Assembly (NCBI GenBank): GCA_944390375.1
Contig: CALXPZ010000006.1
Location: 1,587-65,586 of the forward strand
Direction of reading: 5' to 3'
Length of the DNA: 64,000 nt
Source: an uncultured Alphaproteobacteria bacterium
GTDB taxonomy: Bacteria; Pseudomonadota; Alphaproteobacteria; RF32; CAG-239
The notes beneath the pieces were generated by a model. That model saw only the letters and a program-made list of their open reading frames with translations, made no database searches and had not been told where the DNA came from. The translations under genes were made by a program, and so were the position numbers. Positions within the stretch are counted from its first letter, which is position 1. Every line of letters begins with the position of its first letter. Shown one piece after another: positions 27,255 to 37,363 of this stretch.

Positions 27255-28601
27255 TCAAGCATTTTCAATGTGTTCTTTACGATATCCCAGCATCTTATTC
27301 AAGTCCTTCTTCTTTTCTTCCCTGATCAGGCTCAATTTTTCGGCCGCATCTTTACAAATTTTTTCATCACGGGCACATTTTACTATTTTTTCATAGGTAA
27401 CTACCTGTATATCCAGTTTGATATTTTTGGGCAGACGCGCTTTTTCGCATTCGGCAAGGGCTTTTTGATAAAAGGAAATATCTCGCGTTCTGTCGCCTAT
27501 TTTATCCAGGGCATAGCAGCGTTCTTCTCCTTTCAAAAATTTCATGGCAATAACCTCGCGGATATTCTGCCACTCGTCCATCCGTCCGAGCATAAGCTGA
27601 ACGTCGGACACTTTTCTCAATATCGGCAGACGGTCTTCTTTTTCGGCATACCGATAAGCGTTCAGCATATATCTGATTGCTTTGTCTGCCGCCACTGCCT
27701 TATCGGAATCCGAAATAACATACCCCACCGTCCGCGCCTGAGCTGCATACAAATTGGCAAGTTCGGAATTGATTTTATACAAATCTCCTCTGTTTTTGGT
27801 TTTGGAAAGTGCGTTCTTATAAGCTCTGATAATGTTTTTATTGAGCTTGTTCTTGGGCATCCTGTTCTGACAATATGAGATCAGCTTATAATCGGAACTA
27901 AGCAACAGCACTTTATTTAAACATTCAATTTCCTGTGTTCCCGCCTGATTGTCGGACAACGGAGAGGACTGAGCACCCAGCTTGCGGTACATCTTTGAAG
28001 CAATAAAATTAAGCTTTCCTTTTTCTTCGTGGGTCAGTTTCAAAGCCGTGCCGTCAAACTCTTCTTTAAGCTGATTGGCTCTATACGACGTAAAATTGGG
28101 ATAATCATTGGTAGCGTACAAAATTGCTTCATTGACATTTTTAACAAAATTGACAACCGGTTTTAATTCCGGCACGTTTTGCAAGCGTGCTTCCAGATAG
28201 TCGGCAATTTTAGCCGGCAGGTTCTGCCCCTCAAGCATGCTCATATAAGCAATTTCTTCCTGATTAAAATAACAAAATTTTTGCAGCAGTTTATAAGCCT
28301 CAATCGTATTTTCGTCCAATGAATATTTGATGCAGTTTTCAACCACCAACCCGATCTGCTCGTTATAAACAACCTCGGTAATTGCCGGCATATCTTTTTG
28401 TATATCTAACTTTTTGCGCTCGGCAATTTCCGCCAGATACTGCGGACTGTTGCTGATGATATCCTCAATCAGCAAAAGCTTTAGTTTTTCTGCATCAAGC
28501 GGCAGCGGTTCCGCAACCCTTACCGTCTGCAATTCTTCGTTTTCTGCCTGTTCGTTCGAGATCTGTTCGGATTGTATGTTTTCGCCTTGTTCTTCGCTCA
28601 T
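27255..28601 (-). CDS. hypothetical protein (448 aa), acidic N-terminus, predicted largely alpha-helical
   Basis: Long ORF with an acidic Glu/Gln-rich N-terminus (MSEEQGENIQSEQISNEQAENEELQ) and no TM helix or signal peptide. No family recognised. Confidence 0.45.
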   Translation of the reverse strand: MSEEQGENIQSEQISNEQAENEELQTVRVAEPLPLDAEKLKLLLIEDIISNSPQYLAEIAERKKLDIQKDMPAITEVVYNEQIGLVVENCIKYSLDENTIEAYKLLQKFCYFNQEEIAYMSMLEGQNLPAKIADYLEARLQNVPELKPVVNFVKNVNEAILYATNDYPNFTSYRANQLKEEFDGTALKLTHEEKGKLNFIASKMYRKLGAQSSPLSDNQAGTQEIECLNKVLLLSSDYKLISYCQNRMPKNKLNKNIIRAYKNALSKTKNRGDLYKINSELANLYAAQARTVGYVISDSDKAVAADKAIRYMLNAYRYAEKEDRLPILRKVSDVQLMLGRMDEWQNIREVIAMKFLKGEERCYALDKIGDRTRDISFYQKALAECEKARLPKNIKLDIQVVTYEKIVKCARDEKICKDAAEKLSLIREEKKKDLNKMLGYRKEHIENA

Positions 28602-28691
28602 AACCAGCCTCTTGCCACATTAAAAACATGTTTTATCCTACAATACATCGATGTTTTTGTCAATATTTGTCTTTTGTGGCAATCGCACCTA

Positions 28692-30023
28692 TTATGCAGA
28701 GGGCCGGTTATCTCCGTCAAACCAGACAATCGTATCTTCTATCCTATGGCCGTTTGCTCTCACCACTTTAATATGCATGTTTTTATAAGTAAGCTCAATG
28801 TTGGTTTTGTTTTCGGGTATACTGCTCATCAACGAGAGCACAAAACCGCCGAACGTATCGCAATCATCATCGGGCAAGCCGATTTTAAGCGCTGCCGCGA
28901 CCTTGTCGAGAGCCGCGCTTCCACGGATATGCCAGCGGTTTTCACCGATTGGTTCGATGTCCGGTCCCGCCGGCGGAACGCTAAAATCGTCTTCCAAATC
29001 ACCGACCAGTTCCTTAAGCAGATCTTTCATGGTAACAATACCGTCAACACCGCCGTATTCGTCAACCACAATCGCAAAATGTGTCCGGCTTTTTTTCATA
29101 TTGCGGAACAAATCGTCAATATGCTGCGTTTCCGGTACAAACTGCGCCGGTTTCACCGCCTCCGACAACACGGTCTGCCGATCGGTGTTTTTATACTTAA
29201 AATAATCCTTCATACTCACAACACCGATGATATGATCCGTATTACCGCGAAAAACCGGATATACCGAATGCCGGGTATCAATCATTTTCTTTTCCCAAAC
29301 GGCAAGGCTTTCATCTGCATCAAGGAAAGCCACTTCCGTACGGTGAGTCATCACTTCTTCCACCAGCTTGTCGTCAAACTCAAACACGTTATGAATAAGG
29401 TTTTGCTCAATATCATCAATGGTGCCGCTTTCACTGCCGGCATCTACCATAATTCGGATTTCCTCTTCGGTTACCTTTTCATCTTTGGTTTCCGGCGGAA
29501 TACCGAGCAACCGCAAAACGCCGTTTGTGGAAACGGTCAGAAACCACACCAACGGCGCAAAAAGTTTGGCCGTCGCCCACAACAGGGCAGACATCGACAA
29601 GCCGACTTTCTCGGCATCTTGCATGGCAATCCTTTTAGGAACCAACTCTCCGAAAATAAGGGTTATGTAAGACAAAACCAGCGTAATGCCGAGAACCGCC
29701 AGCACATCAAGTTTGGCGGGAGAAATCGTTACTCCCACGGCCATCAGCCAATCAACCACTCGGTCGGAAAAATTGTCGGCGGCAAAAGCGCTGCCCAAGA
29801 AACCGGCCAACGTAATCGCCACCTGAATAGTTGCCAGAAAACGCGCCGGAGTTTCTGTCAGCGACAGCAAGCGTCTGGCGCGACGATCTCCGTCTTCGGA
29901 CATTTTTTTCAATTTGACCACATTGGCCGAGATAACGGCAATTTCCGCACATGCAAACACAGCGTTAAGAAAAATAAGGACAAATTGCAACAACAGTAAT
30001 TCAAGAACCGTAAAATCAGACAT
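28692..30023 (-). CDS. HlyC/CorC-family (CNNM/TlyC-like) transporter: DUF21 membrane domain + CBS pair + CorC_HlyC C-terminal domain
   Basis: Four N-terminal TM helices (DUF21), tandem CBS domains (VMTHRTEVAFLDAD..., IIGVVSMKDYFK), and the C-terminal transporter-associated domain. 443 aa. Confidence 0.85.
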   Translation of the reverse strand: MSDFTVLELLLLQFVLIFLNAVFACAEIAVISANVVKLKKMSEDGDRRARRLLSLTETPARFLATIQVAITLAGFLGSAFAADNFSDRVVDWLMAVGVTISPAKLDVLAVLGITLVLSYITLIFGELVPKRIAMQDAEKVGLSMSALLWATAKLFAPLVWFLTVSTNGVLRLLGIPPETKDEKVTEEEIRIMVDAGSESGTIDDIEQNLIHNVFEFDDKLVEEVMTHRTEVAFLDADESLAVWEKKMIDTRHSVYPVFRGNTDHIIGVVSMKDYFKYKNTDRQTVLSEAVKPAQFVPETQHIDDLFRNMKKSRTHFAIVVDEYGGVDGIVTMKDLLKELVGDLEDDFSVPPAGPDIEPIGENRWHIRGSAALDKVAAALKIGLPDDDCDTFGGFVLSLMSSIPENKTNIELTYKNMHIKVVRANGHRIEDTIVWFDGDNRPSA

Positions 30024-30231
30024 TCAGACTCCTCAATTATCCGCCCGACCTTCCGTTACAGATATCGAGCCGTATTTTTTAAGGCTATCATATTTTTTCG
30101 ATTTCGCAACCGCTAAATGAAAAACAAAAGAATATCTTTCCGCCAAGAGCAGATCTGTCTTTGCCCTTTAATTTTTACATTCGGCAATTATATATTTTCC
30201 TAATTTAACGACAACCGACAAGGAATATCCC

Positions 30232-32949
30232 ATGAAAAAAGCCATATCCGCACTTTTCTTTGCCTCTGTTCCCGCTTTGGCTCATGCCGTTACCGTTGAA
30301 ATCCCCGCCGGCAACATCCAAAACGGTGGAGATGTCAACAGTGTAGTAACCCAGGTGGTCTACGGACAGGCAAACAATTTTACCGTTTCCGGCACCCAGC
30401 AGGTTATGTCCGGCGGCAGCACCCGCAACAGCGATATTTATTCCTACGGTACACAAAATGTGCTATCCGGCGGCACCGTCTACAACACGCTTCTCCGCTC
30501 TTTTGCTCTGCAAAACGTAACCGGCATAAGCATCGGCACCACGATCGAAACTCGGGCAAATTCCAACATCCGCTCCGGCGGCAAAAGTGAAAATACGGTT
30601 ATCAACGGCGGCACCTTAACGGTTTCAGCCGGTGCAACTTCATCCGGCACAATCTTAAACACCGGCCGGCAATACGTTTCCGGCACAGACTTTAATGCAA
30701 CCGTCAACGGCGGCACTCAGGAAATAAGAAACGGCGGGACCGCCTCCGGTGCCAAAATCACCAACGGTGTTCAACAGGTCGATTCGGGAGGAACGGCCGT
30801 CAGCAGTACCGTCTCCGGCGATGGTTACTTACGCATATACGGCAGCATTGAAAATGCCCGCGCGGAATATGACGGCAGCATCATCATACTCGGCGGCGGC
30901 GATGCTGTCGGCACGGTTATTGACGGCGGCAGCATGGATGTCAATGAAAACGCCTATTCTTCGCAAACGCTGCTTTCTGCCGGAAGCCAACATGTTTACG
31001 GTGTCGATTCCCAAAGTCGCGTTACCGGCGGCAGGCAAATCGTCCACGACGGCGCCTGGGTACTGGATACAATCATCACGGAAAACGGTGAACAATTGAT
31101 TTACGACGGCGGCAGCATCCGCGGTATTCAGATTACAAACGGCGGCACTCAAACCGTCCGTGCCGGCGGATCTGCCGTCGATACCAAGATAGAGGGGGCC
31201 GGTTCCCGCCAAAATCTGAGCGGCACGGCAGAAAACACTCAGATTTTAAACAGCGGACTCCAAATTGTCAAAAACGGCGGCATTGCCTCCGGCAGCGGCA
31301 TTTGGAACGGCGGGGTGCAACAGATACAGGCCGGTGGCCGTTCCGAAAATGCCATCGTAACCTTTAACGGCCTGCAATATATCGAAAACGGCGGTACGGC
31401 CCTGAACACCACCGTCTTATCCCGCGGCATCCAGCAGATTACAAACGGCGGAACTGCCGAAAATACGGAAATTTTCGATTACGGCCTGCAAACCGTGGAA
31501 AACAAAGCTTTAGCACTCAACACCTCCGTTATCGGAAAAGGAATACTGCAAATTCTCAGCGGAGGCACGGCAGAAAACACCTCTGTTGAAAACGGCGGCA
31601 GTTTGATCTTAAACACCGGCGGCAGCTTAAACGGCAACACGCACATTACCGACGGCACATTAAATATTTTCGGCAGCAATGAAATCCCTTCCCTCACACT
31701 TGACAACGGTATGGTCAACGTCGCCTACACCGGCGGTTTTAGCCGCCTTTATGTTAAAGAGCTGAATGGCAACGGTCTCTTTTATGTCAACAGCAACCTT
31801 ACGGAAGGACTGTCCGATCACATCGTCGTAGATGCCAGCAACGGCAATTTCGGCCTTGCCGTTCACGACTACAGCAGCAACGGCAATTTGCCGGAAAGTT
31901 TTACGCTTGTTGACGATACTGAAAACGACGACGATTCTTTTTATTTGATCGGCGGAGCCGTCGACGTCGGCGCCTTCCACTACAACCTCGAACAACAAAA
32001 CGGAGACTGGGTATTGGTGCGCACCCAACAATTAAACGATACTTCCATGATCGCCAAAAACACCTATGCTTCCCTGACCTCTCTTTTTTATACCCATCTC
32101 AATCCGCTTTACAGTCATTTACGGATTGCGCGGCAAAACCCGGACATCGGCAACGGCCTGTGGGTCAAAGGGCTGGGACGGCGGATAAAATTTCATTTTA
32201 AAGACGACAGCAAAAGCCAACTTGACGCCTATGGAGCAGAAATCGGATATGGCCAAAACATTTGGCAGAACAACGGTCGTTTTCTCAATCTCGGCATTTA
32301 CGGAGGCTATACCGATACCCGGCAAAAATACGATCTTGCCGGCAAAGGCCGCGGCGACACCTACAGCCTCGGACTTTACGCCTCTTACAACACCGTTAAC
32401 GGCTGGTTTACCGATCTTGTCGGCAGCTATTTCCGGCATGACCAGAAAATCACCAGCTACAAACCGGACGGCGCCGCCGTTCTGAGCAAATACGACACCG
32501 ACAGTTGGCAGACATCGCTGACCGTCGGCCGTCGTTTTCAACTCTCCGGCGCCTGGTATGTCGAACCCTCCGTCGCATTGGACTATATGTCGGTTAACGG
32601 GGTCAGCTACCGTACCAATTTCAACACGTTGATTGACGCCTCCGACGCCGATTACCTGAGCGGCAGCATAGGTATTGCCGCCGGACGGCTGTTTACGCTG
32701 GACAACGGCGCCAAAGTCGAACCTTACGGACGCTTCCGGCTGATTTACGACTGGGACGGCAAGGCCGTCGTCAAAGTAGCGGACTACACGTTTAACGAAA
32801 ACGTATCATCACTGCATTACGAATTCGGACTTGGCTTCAACACCGCCTTGCAAAACGGCTGGTCTGCTTATGCCGAAATCGCCGCCCGTCTTGGCAGCAA
32901 AGTAGACTTTCCCTGGGAAGCCAACTTCGGATTGCAATTTGAGTTTTAA
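30232..32949 (+). CDS. type Va autotransporter (905 aa) with a highly repetitive passenger domain
   Basis: Signal peptide MKKAISALFFASVPALAHA. The passenger is built from about 19-20-aa periodic repeats (...SGGTA.NT.I.NGG.Q.V..GG.A..T.V...). The C-terminal beta-barrel translocator ends in WEANFGLQFEF with a terminal aromatic residue. Confidence 0.85.
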   Translation: MKKAISALFFASVPALAHAVTVEIPAGNIQNGGDVNSVVTQVVYGQANNFTVSGTQQVMSGGSTRNSDIYSYGTQNVLSGGTVYNTLLRSFALQNVTGISIGTTIETRANSNIRSGGKSENTVINGGTLTVSAGATSSGTILNTGRQYVSGTDFNATVNGGTQEIRNGGTASGAKITNGVQQVDSGGTAVSSTVSGDGYLRIYGSIENARAEYDGSIIILGGGDAVGTVIDGGSMDVNENAYSSQTLLSAGSQHVYGVDSQSRVTGGRQIVHDGAWVLDTIITENGEQLIYDGGSIRGIQITNGGTQTVRAGGSAVDTKIEGAGSRQNLSGTAENTQILNSGLQIVKNGGIASGSGIWNGGVQQIQAGGRSENAIVTFNGLQYIENGGTALNTTVLSRGIQQITNGGTAENTEIFDYGLQTVENKALALNTSVIGKGILQILSGGTAENTSVENGGSLILNTGGSLNGNTHITDGTLNIFGSNEIPSLTLDNGMVNVAYTGGFSRLYVKELNGNGLFYVNSNLTEGLSDHIVVDASNGNFGLAVHDYSSNGNLPESFTLVDDTENDDDSFYLIGGAVDVGAFHYNLEQQNGDWVLVRTQQLNDTSMIAKNTYASLTSLFYTHLNPLYSHLRIARQNPDIGNGLWVKGLGRRIKFHFKDDSKSQLDAYGAEIGYGQNIWQNNGRFLNLGIYGGYTDTRQKYDLAGKGRGDTYSLGLYASYNTVNGWFTDLVGSYFRHDQKITSYKPDGAAVLSKYDTDSWQTSLTVGRRFQLSGAWYVEPSVALDYMSVNGVSYRTNFNTLIDASDADYLSGSIGIAAGRLFTLDNGAKVEPYGRFRLIYDWDGKAVVKVADYTFNENVSSLHYEFGLGFNTALQNGWSAYAEIAARLGSKVDFPWEANFGLQFEF

Positions 32950-33032
32950 TAAAAAACATTTCTTTACCGGCCGAATAACCCAAACCGGGCCGGCCGCAAA
33001 CGGCAAGACCCGGTTTCAACATCATCAACGGA

Positions 33033-36000
33033 TTATTTTTGCTTTGAAATCGACATCATCAGCTTAATCCGGTTAATCTGGTTGGTTTCGCTTGCGCCCG
33101 GATCATAATCCACCGCCATGATGTTGGCTTTCGGAAAACGCTTTTTGATCTCCTTGATAAAGCCCTTCCCGGTAATATGGTTCGGCAGACAGCCGAACGG
33201 TTGCATGCACAAAACATTATTGACGCCGGATTCGAGCAGTTCAATGATTTCCGCCGTCAGCAGCCAGCCTTCCCCGGTCTGGTGTCCGAGCGAAAGCAAC
33301 CCGCGGGTTTTCTTGCGCAGGTTCTTAAAGAACAGCGGCGGCTCAAAACGTTTTGAGCAGGCAAAACCCAGCCTCATGGCACCGCGGCACAGTTCAAGGA
33401 AAGCAATGCTGATAATGCTGACGGCATAATCTTTCCATGCCCCTTGCAGATATTTATAATTAAATATGTGGTCATAAAAACCGTAAAGCATAAAGTCCAT
33501 CAGATCGGGTACGACCGCCTCGCCGCCTTCCTGCTCAATCACCCTTGCCGCCTGGTTGTTGGCATCAGGATGATATTTCAGCAGAATTTCGCCGACCAGT
33601 CCTACCCGCGGCTTGCGCTCAACGTCTTTTAACGGCAGCCTGTCAAACTCTCTGATCATGCGGAACATATTGATATTAAAGGTAATCATGTTTCCGCTTT
33701 TAAGGTTTTCTTTAATAATTTTAACCCATTTTACCAACAGTCGCTGAGTGCTGCCCTTTTTCTTTTCATACGGAGAAACTCTGTTTACCATCCGCATCAG
33801 GGCATCGCCGTAACACCCGGCCATAATCGAACGCAGCAACACTTTGCGTCCCGGCGCAAAACCGGATCCGTGCACGCTGCCGCTGACGTTCATCGTAATA
33901 ACCGGCACATGTTGCAGATTGCATTGCGCCAGCGCCCGTCGCAGCAAACCGGCATAATTCGATGCCCGGCAGCCGCCGCTGGTCTGGGAAATCAGCAGCG
34001 CGATCTTGTCTGTATCATAATTGCCGTCTTTAATCGCCTGCAACAGCTGCCCGATAACCACAATCGCCGGGAAACAGGCATCGTTGTTGACGTGTTTCAG
34101 CCCCAGCTCAATCGCCGCTTTGCTGACTTTCGGCAGCTGCTTGACCTTATAGCCCTCGCTGGCAAAAACCGTTTCCAAAAACTGGAAATGGATCGGCGAC
34201 AGCTGCGGAATCAAAATCGTATGCGTCTTTTTCATTTCTTTCGTAAAGACGGGTGGCTGCTGGGGATGCTGGGTATGTGTTTCTTTCTTGCGCTGCTGCA
34301 TATCCTTCAGCGCCGCCAGCAAAGACCGGATACGGATTTTTGCCGGCCCCAGATTGTCGCCTTCGTCAATTTTGATCTGTGCATAAAGTCTTTCTTTGGA
34401 AGTTACGATTTCTTCCAACTGGTCGGAAGTAATCGCATCAACGCCGCAGCCGAAAGAAACCAGCTGGAGAATGGCCAGATTATCGGTATCCGCGGTAAAG
34501 GTTCCCGCCCGGTACAAACGGGAGTGATACGTCCATTGGTCGCGCACCCGCAGAGCCTCCGGATTGGGACGCAGATGAGCAACCGAATCCTCGGTCAGAA
34601 CCGACAGCCCGCAGGAATTGATAAGTTCGGGGATACCGTGGTTGATCGCCGGATCGATATGATACGGGTGGCCGGCCAGCACAATCCCGAATTCCCCATT
34701 TTTATTAAGTTTCTCGACCGCTTCCGTCCCGGCGTTGCGGATATCTTTTTTGAATTTTCTTAATTCCACAAAAGCTCTCTTAACCGCCATCCGCAGTTGT
34801 ATGCCCGAAAATCCGGCAAACAGCGGCACCGCTTTCAGACGCTTGGCCAGCATCTTCTGATCCAGCGGCAAAAAAGGCGTAAAGAACGGGATGCCGCTGG
34901 CGGCAACTTCCGAAATATTTTTCGCCAGCACTTCCGGATAACCGGTTACCACCGGACAATTGTAGCAGTCAACCTGAGATGCAAACTCCTTCTGCTCTCT
35001 CGGAATGCAGGGAAAGAAAATATAATCCACATTTTTGTGCAGCAGATCCATAATATGCCCGTGCGCCATTTTGGCCGGATAACAAACCGTCTGCGACGGA
35101 ATGGAGGCATATCCGCTGAAAAAGACCTTTTTGGAAGAAGGAGAAGACAGCTCAACCCGAAAACCGAGATGGGTCAGAAGCGTAAACCACAGCGGATAAT
35201 CTTCGTACATATTCAAAACCCGCGGAATACCGACCGTTCCGTGCACGGCTTTTTCTTTCGGCAGCGGTTGATAATATTCAAACAGTCTTTTATATTTATA
35301 CTCGCAAAGATTGATCTTGTCGTTTTTGGCCAGCCCGGCGCCTTTTTCGCATTTGTTGCCGGAAATAAATTTGTTCTTACCGCCAAAGTTGGTAATCGTC
35401 AGCATACAATGGTTGGTGCAGCCCTGGCAGCGCGTATTAGTGGTTTTGATCTCCAGCTTTTTGATCTCGTCAAGATTGATCAGCTTGGTTTCAACACCGT
35501 CTTCCGGCCCTCGTTTTTTGGCCAGCAGCGCCGCGCCGAAAGCGCCCATCAGCCCCGACAGCCCCGGCCGGATAACCGGTTTTCCGACCTGGATTTCCAG
35601 CGCCCGCAACAACGCGTCGTTCAAAAACGAACCGCCTTGCGCAACGATACAGTTGCCGAGTTCGGAAACATCGCTGATTTTAATAACCTTATAACAGGCG
35701 TTTTTAATGACCGAATAAGAAAGTCCGGCCGCAATATCCCCGACGGAAACACCCTCTTTTTGCGCCTGTTTGACTTTGGAATTCATAAAAACGGTGCAAC
35801 GCGTTCCCAAATCAACCGGATGCCGTGCCTTAACCGCCGCCTCGACAAACGAGGGCATGTCCATGTTCAAGGATCTGGCAAAATTTTCAATAAAAGAACC
35901 GCAGCCGGAAGAACAGGCCTCGTTTAAGCCGATTTGCTCGATAACCCCGTTTTTCAGTTTCATGCATTTTATGTCCTGCCCGCCGATATCAAGGACAAAG

Positions 36001-37259
36001 CTTGCATTGGGCGCAAAGAAAGTCGAAGCCTGACAGTGAGCCACCGTTTCCACTTCGTCAATATCAAGTTTCAAACCGGCTTTCAAAAGGGCACTGCCGT
36101 AACCGGTTGCCGCTGCCGCCTTTATTTTCAGCCCCGGTTTTTTACGGGTATAAATTTCCGTTAAAATATCAAGCGCCAAATGGAACGGATCACCGTTATT
36201 GGAACCGTAATAGGAATACAACAGCCGGTTTTTATCATCAATCAACACCGCCTTGATAGTCGTCGATCCGCTGTCAATGCCGAACCAAGCATCGCCTTCA
36301 TACTCTTCCAGCGGAAAAGTCTTAACATCCGTCCGACGGTGGCGGGCATCAAACTCTTCTTTTTCTTTTTCATTGGCAAACAGCGGGGGAAGCTGCTGTA
36401 TATCATTTTCTTCACCCAGCTTTTCAAGCTGCTCGAGCACTTCGTCCAACCGGTGCGTTTCGCCGGAAACGGTCAGCGCATGGAGAGCCGCGCCGATAGC
36501 CACGAAAAGTTCTGCCTTCTCCGGCAAAACCGCGTTTTTGTCGTCTAATTTCAAAGTTTCCTTAAAACATTTGCGCAAAGATTTGATAAAAGCCAGCGGA
36601 CCGCCCAAAAAAACAACCTTGCCGGTAATTTCTCTGCCTCGTGCCAGACCGCCGATAAACTGGTTGACCACCGCCTGCATGACCGACATGGCGATATCGC
36701 TTTTGGCGCAACCTTCGTTGATCAGCGGAACAATATCTGTTTTGGCAAACACGCCGCAGCGAGAAGCGATCGGATAAATATTCTTATATTGCAGTGCCAA
36801 CTTATCCATTTTGTCGACGTCCATATTCAGGAAGGAAGCCATCTGGTCAATAAAGGCTCCGGTTCCGCCGGCGCAGGTTTCGTTCATCCGAAGATCGGTT
36901 CCGCTGGTTAAAAACGTCAATTTGGCATCTTCCCCGCCCAGTTCGATAATCACGTCGGCATCGGGGATCAGTTTCTTAATGCTCAGGCTTGAGGCAATCA
37001 CTTCCTGCACAAACGGAAGATTCAACCGGCTGCACAAAGACAACGCCCCCGAACCGGTCAGGCTCAATTTAAAAAGCCTGCCCTCAAAACGACGAGCAAC
37101 ATCGCCGAGAATAGAAATAATCGTTTTCCTTACTTCTGACATATGCCGTTGATATGTAGAAAACAAAATCTGCTCATTTTCATCCATAACGACGACTTTT
37201 ACCGTGGTAGACCCCACATCAATGCCGACATACAACAGTTTTTCAGTCTCAGTTTCCAT
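33033..37259 (-). CDS. giant fused 'CoA-substrate-specific enzyme activase': 2x BadF/BadG/BcrA/BcrD (HgdC-like) ATPase domains + 2-hydroxyacyl-CoA-dehydratase D-component-like domains, 1408 aa
   Basis: N-terminal LYVGIDVGSTTVKVVVMDEN... and a second copy WFGIDSGSTTIKAVLIDDKN... are ASKHA-fold activator ATPase signatures. Cys-rich stretches (CQGCTNHC, CYNCP) and a C-terminal half resembling the HgdB/DUF2229 family. Confidence 0.8.
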   Translation of the reverse strand: METETEKLLYVGIDVGSTTVKVVVMDENEQILFSTYQRHMSEVRKTIISILGDVARRFEGRLFKLSLTGSGALSLCSRLNLPFVQEVIASSLSIKKLIPDADVIIELGGEDAKLTFLTSGTDLRMNETCAGGTGAFIDQMASFLNMDVDKMDKLALQYKNIYPIASRCGVFAKTDIVPLINEGCAKSDIAMSVMQAVVNQFIGGLARGREITGKVVFLGGPLAFIKSLRKCFKETLKLDDKNAVLPEKAELFVAIGAALHALTVSGETHRLDEVLEQLEKLGEENDIQQLPPLFANEKEKEEFDARHRRTDVKTFPLEEYEGDAWFGIDSGSTTIKAVLIDDKNRLLYSYYGSNNGDPFHLALDILTEIYTRKKPGLKIKAAAATGYGSALLKAGLKLDIDEVETVAHCQASTFFAPNASFVLDIGGQDIKCMKLKNGVIEQIGLNEACSSGCGSFIENFARSLNMDMPSFVEAAVKARHPVDLGTRCTVFMNSKVKQAQKEGVSVGDIAAGLSYSVIKNACYKVIKISDVSELGNCIVAQGGSFLNDALLRALEIQVGKPVIRPGLSGLMGAFGAALLAKKRGPEDGVETKLINLDEIKKLEIKTTNTRCQGCTNHCMLTITNFGGKNKFISGNKCEKGAGLAKNDKINLCEYKYKRLFEYYQPLPKEKAVHGTVGIPRVLNMYEDYPLWFTLLTHLGFRVELSSPSSKKVFFSGYASIPSQTVCYPAKMAHGHIMDLLHKNVDYIFFPCIPREQKEFASQVDCYNCPVVTGYPEVLAKNISEVAASGIPFFTPFLPLDQKMLAKRLKAVPLFAGFSGIQLRMAVKRAFVELRKFKKDIRNAGTEAVEKLNKNGEFGIVLAGHPYHIDPAINHGIPELINSCGLSVLTEDSVAHLRPNPEALRVRDQWTYHSRLYRAGTFTADTDNLAILQLVSFGCGVDAITSDQLEEIVTSKERLYAQIKIDEGDNLGPAKIRIRSLLAALKDMQQRKKETHTQHPQQPPVFTKEMKKTHTILIPQLSPIHFQFLETVFASEGYKVKQLPKVSKAAIELGLKHVNNDACFPAIVVIGQLLQAIKDGNYDTDKIALLISQTSGGCRASNYAGLLRRALAQCNLQHVPVITMNVSGSVHGSGFAPGRKVLLRSIMAGCYGDALMRMVNRVSPYEKKKGSTQRLLVKWVKIIKENLKSGNMITFNINMFRMIREFDRLPLKDVERKPRVGLVGEILLKYHPDANNQAARVIEQEGGEAVVPDLMDFMLYGFYDHIFNYKYLQGAWKDYAVSIISIAFLELCRGAMRLGFACSKRFEPPLFFKNLRKKTRGLLSLGHQTGEGWLLTAEIIELLESGVNNVLCMQPFGCLPNHITGKGFIKEIKKRFPKANIMAVDYDPGASETNQINRIKLMMSISKQK

Positions 37260-37293
37260 TTCTGCTTCTCATAAACGTTCAAAAGTTCCCAGT

Positions 37294-37313
37294 ATGGTAC
37301 TGTTCGGTACCAT
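37294..37313. promoter_or_regulatory. candidate TetR operator: perfect inverted repeat ATGGTAC-N6-GTACCAT
   Basis: Seen directly in the 104-bp gap between the TetR gene and the activase gene: ATGGTACTGTTCGGTACCAT. Confidence 0.5.
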
Positions 37314-37363
37314 CAAAAGTCAAGACAATTTTCTGATCCGACCACAAAAAAAGCCACAACATT

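Noticed and set aside
28572-29999. 475-aa + strand ORF
   Set aside because: Antisense to the well-supported CorC/HlyC transporter gene. His/Arg-rich low-complexity translation typical of GC-skewed shadow frames.
33870-35927. 297-aa and 376-aa + strand ORFs inside the activase gene
   Set aside because: Arg-rich shadow ORFs antisense to a 1408-aa gene with clear domain signatures.
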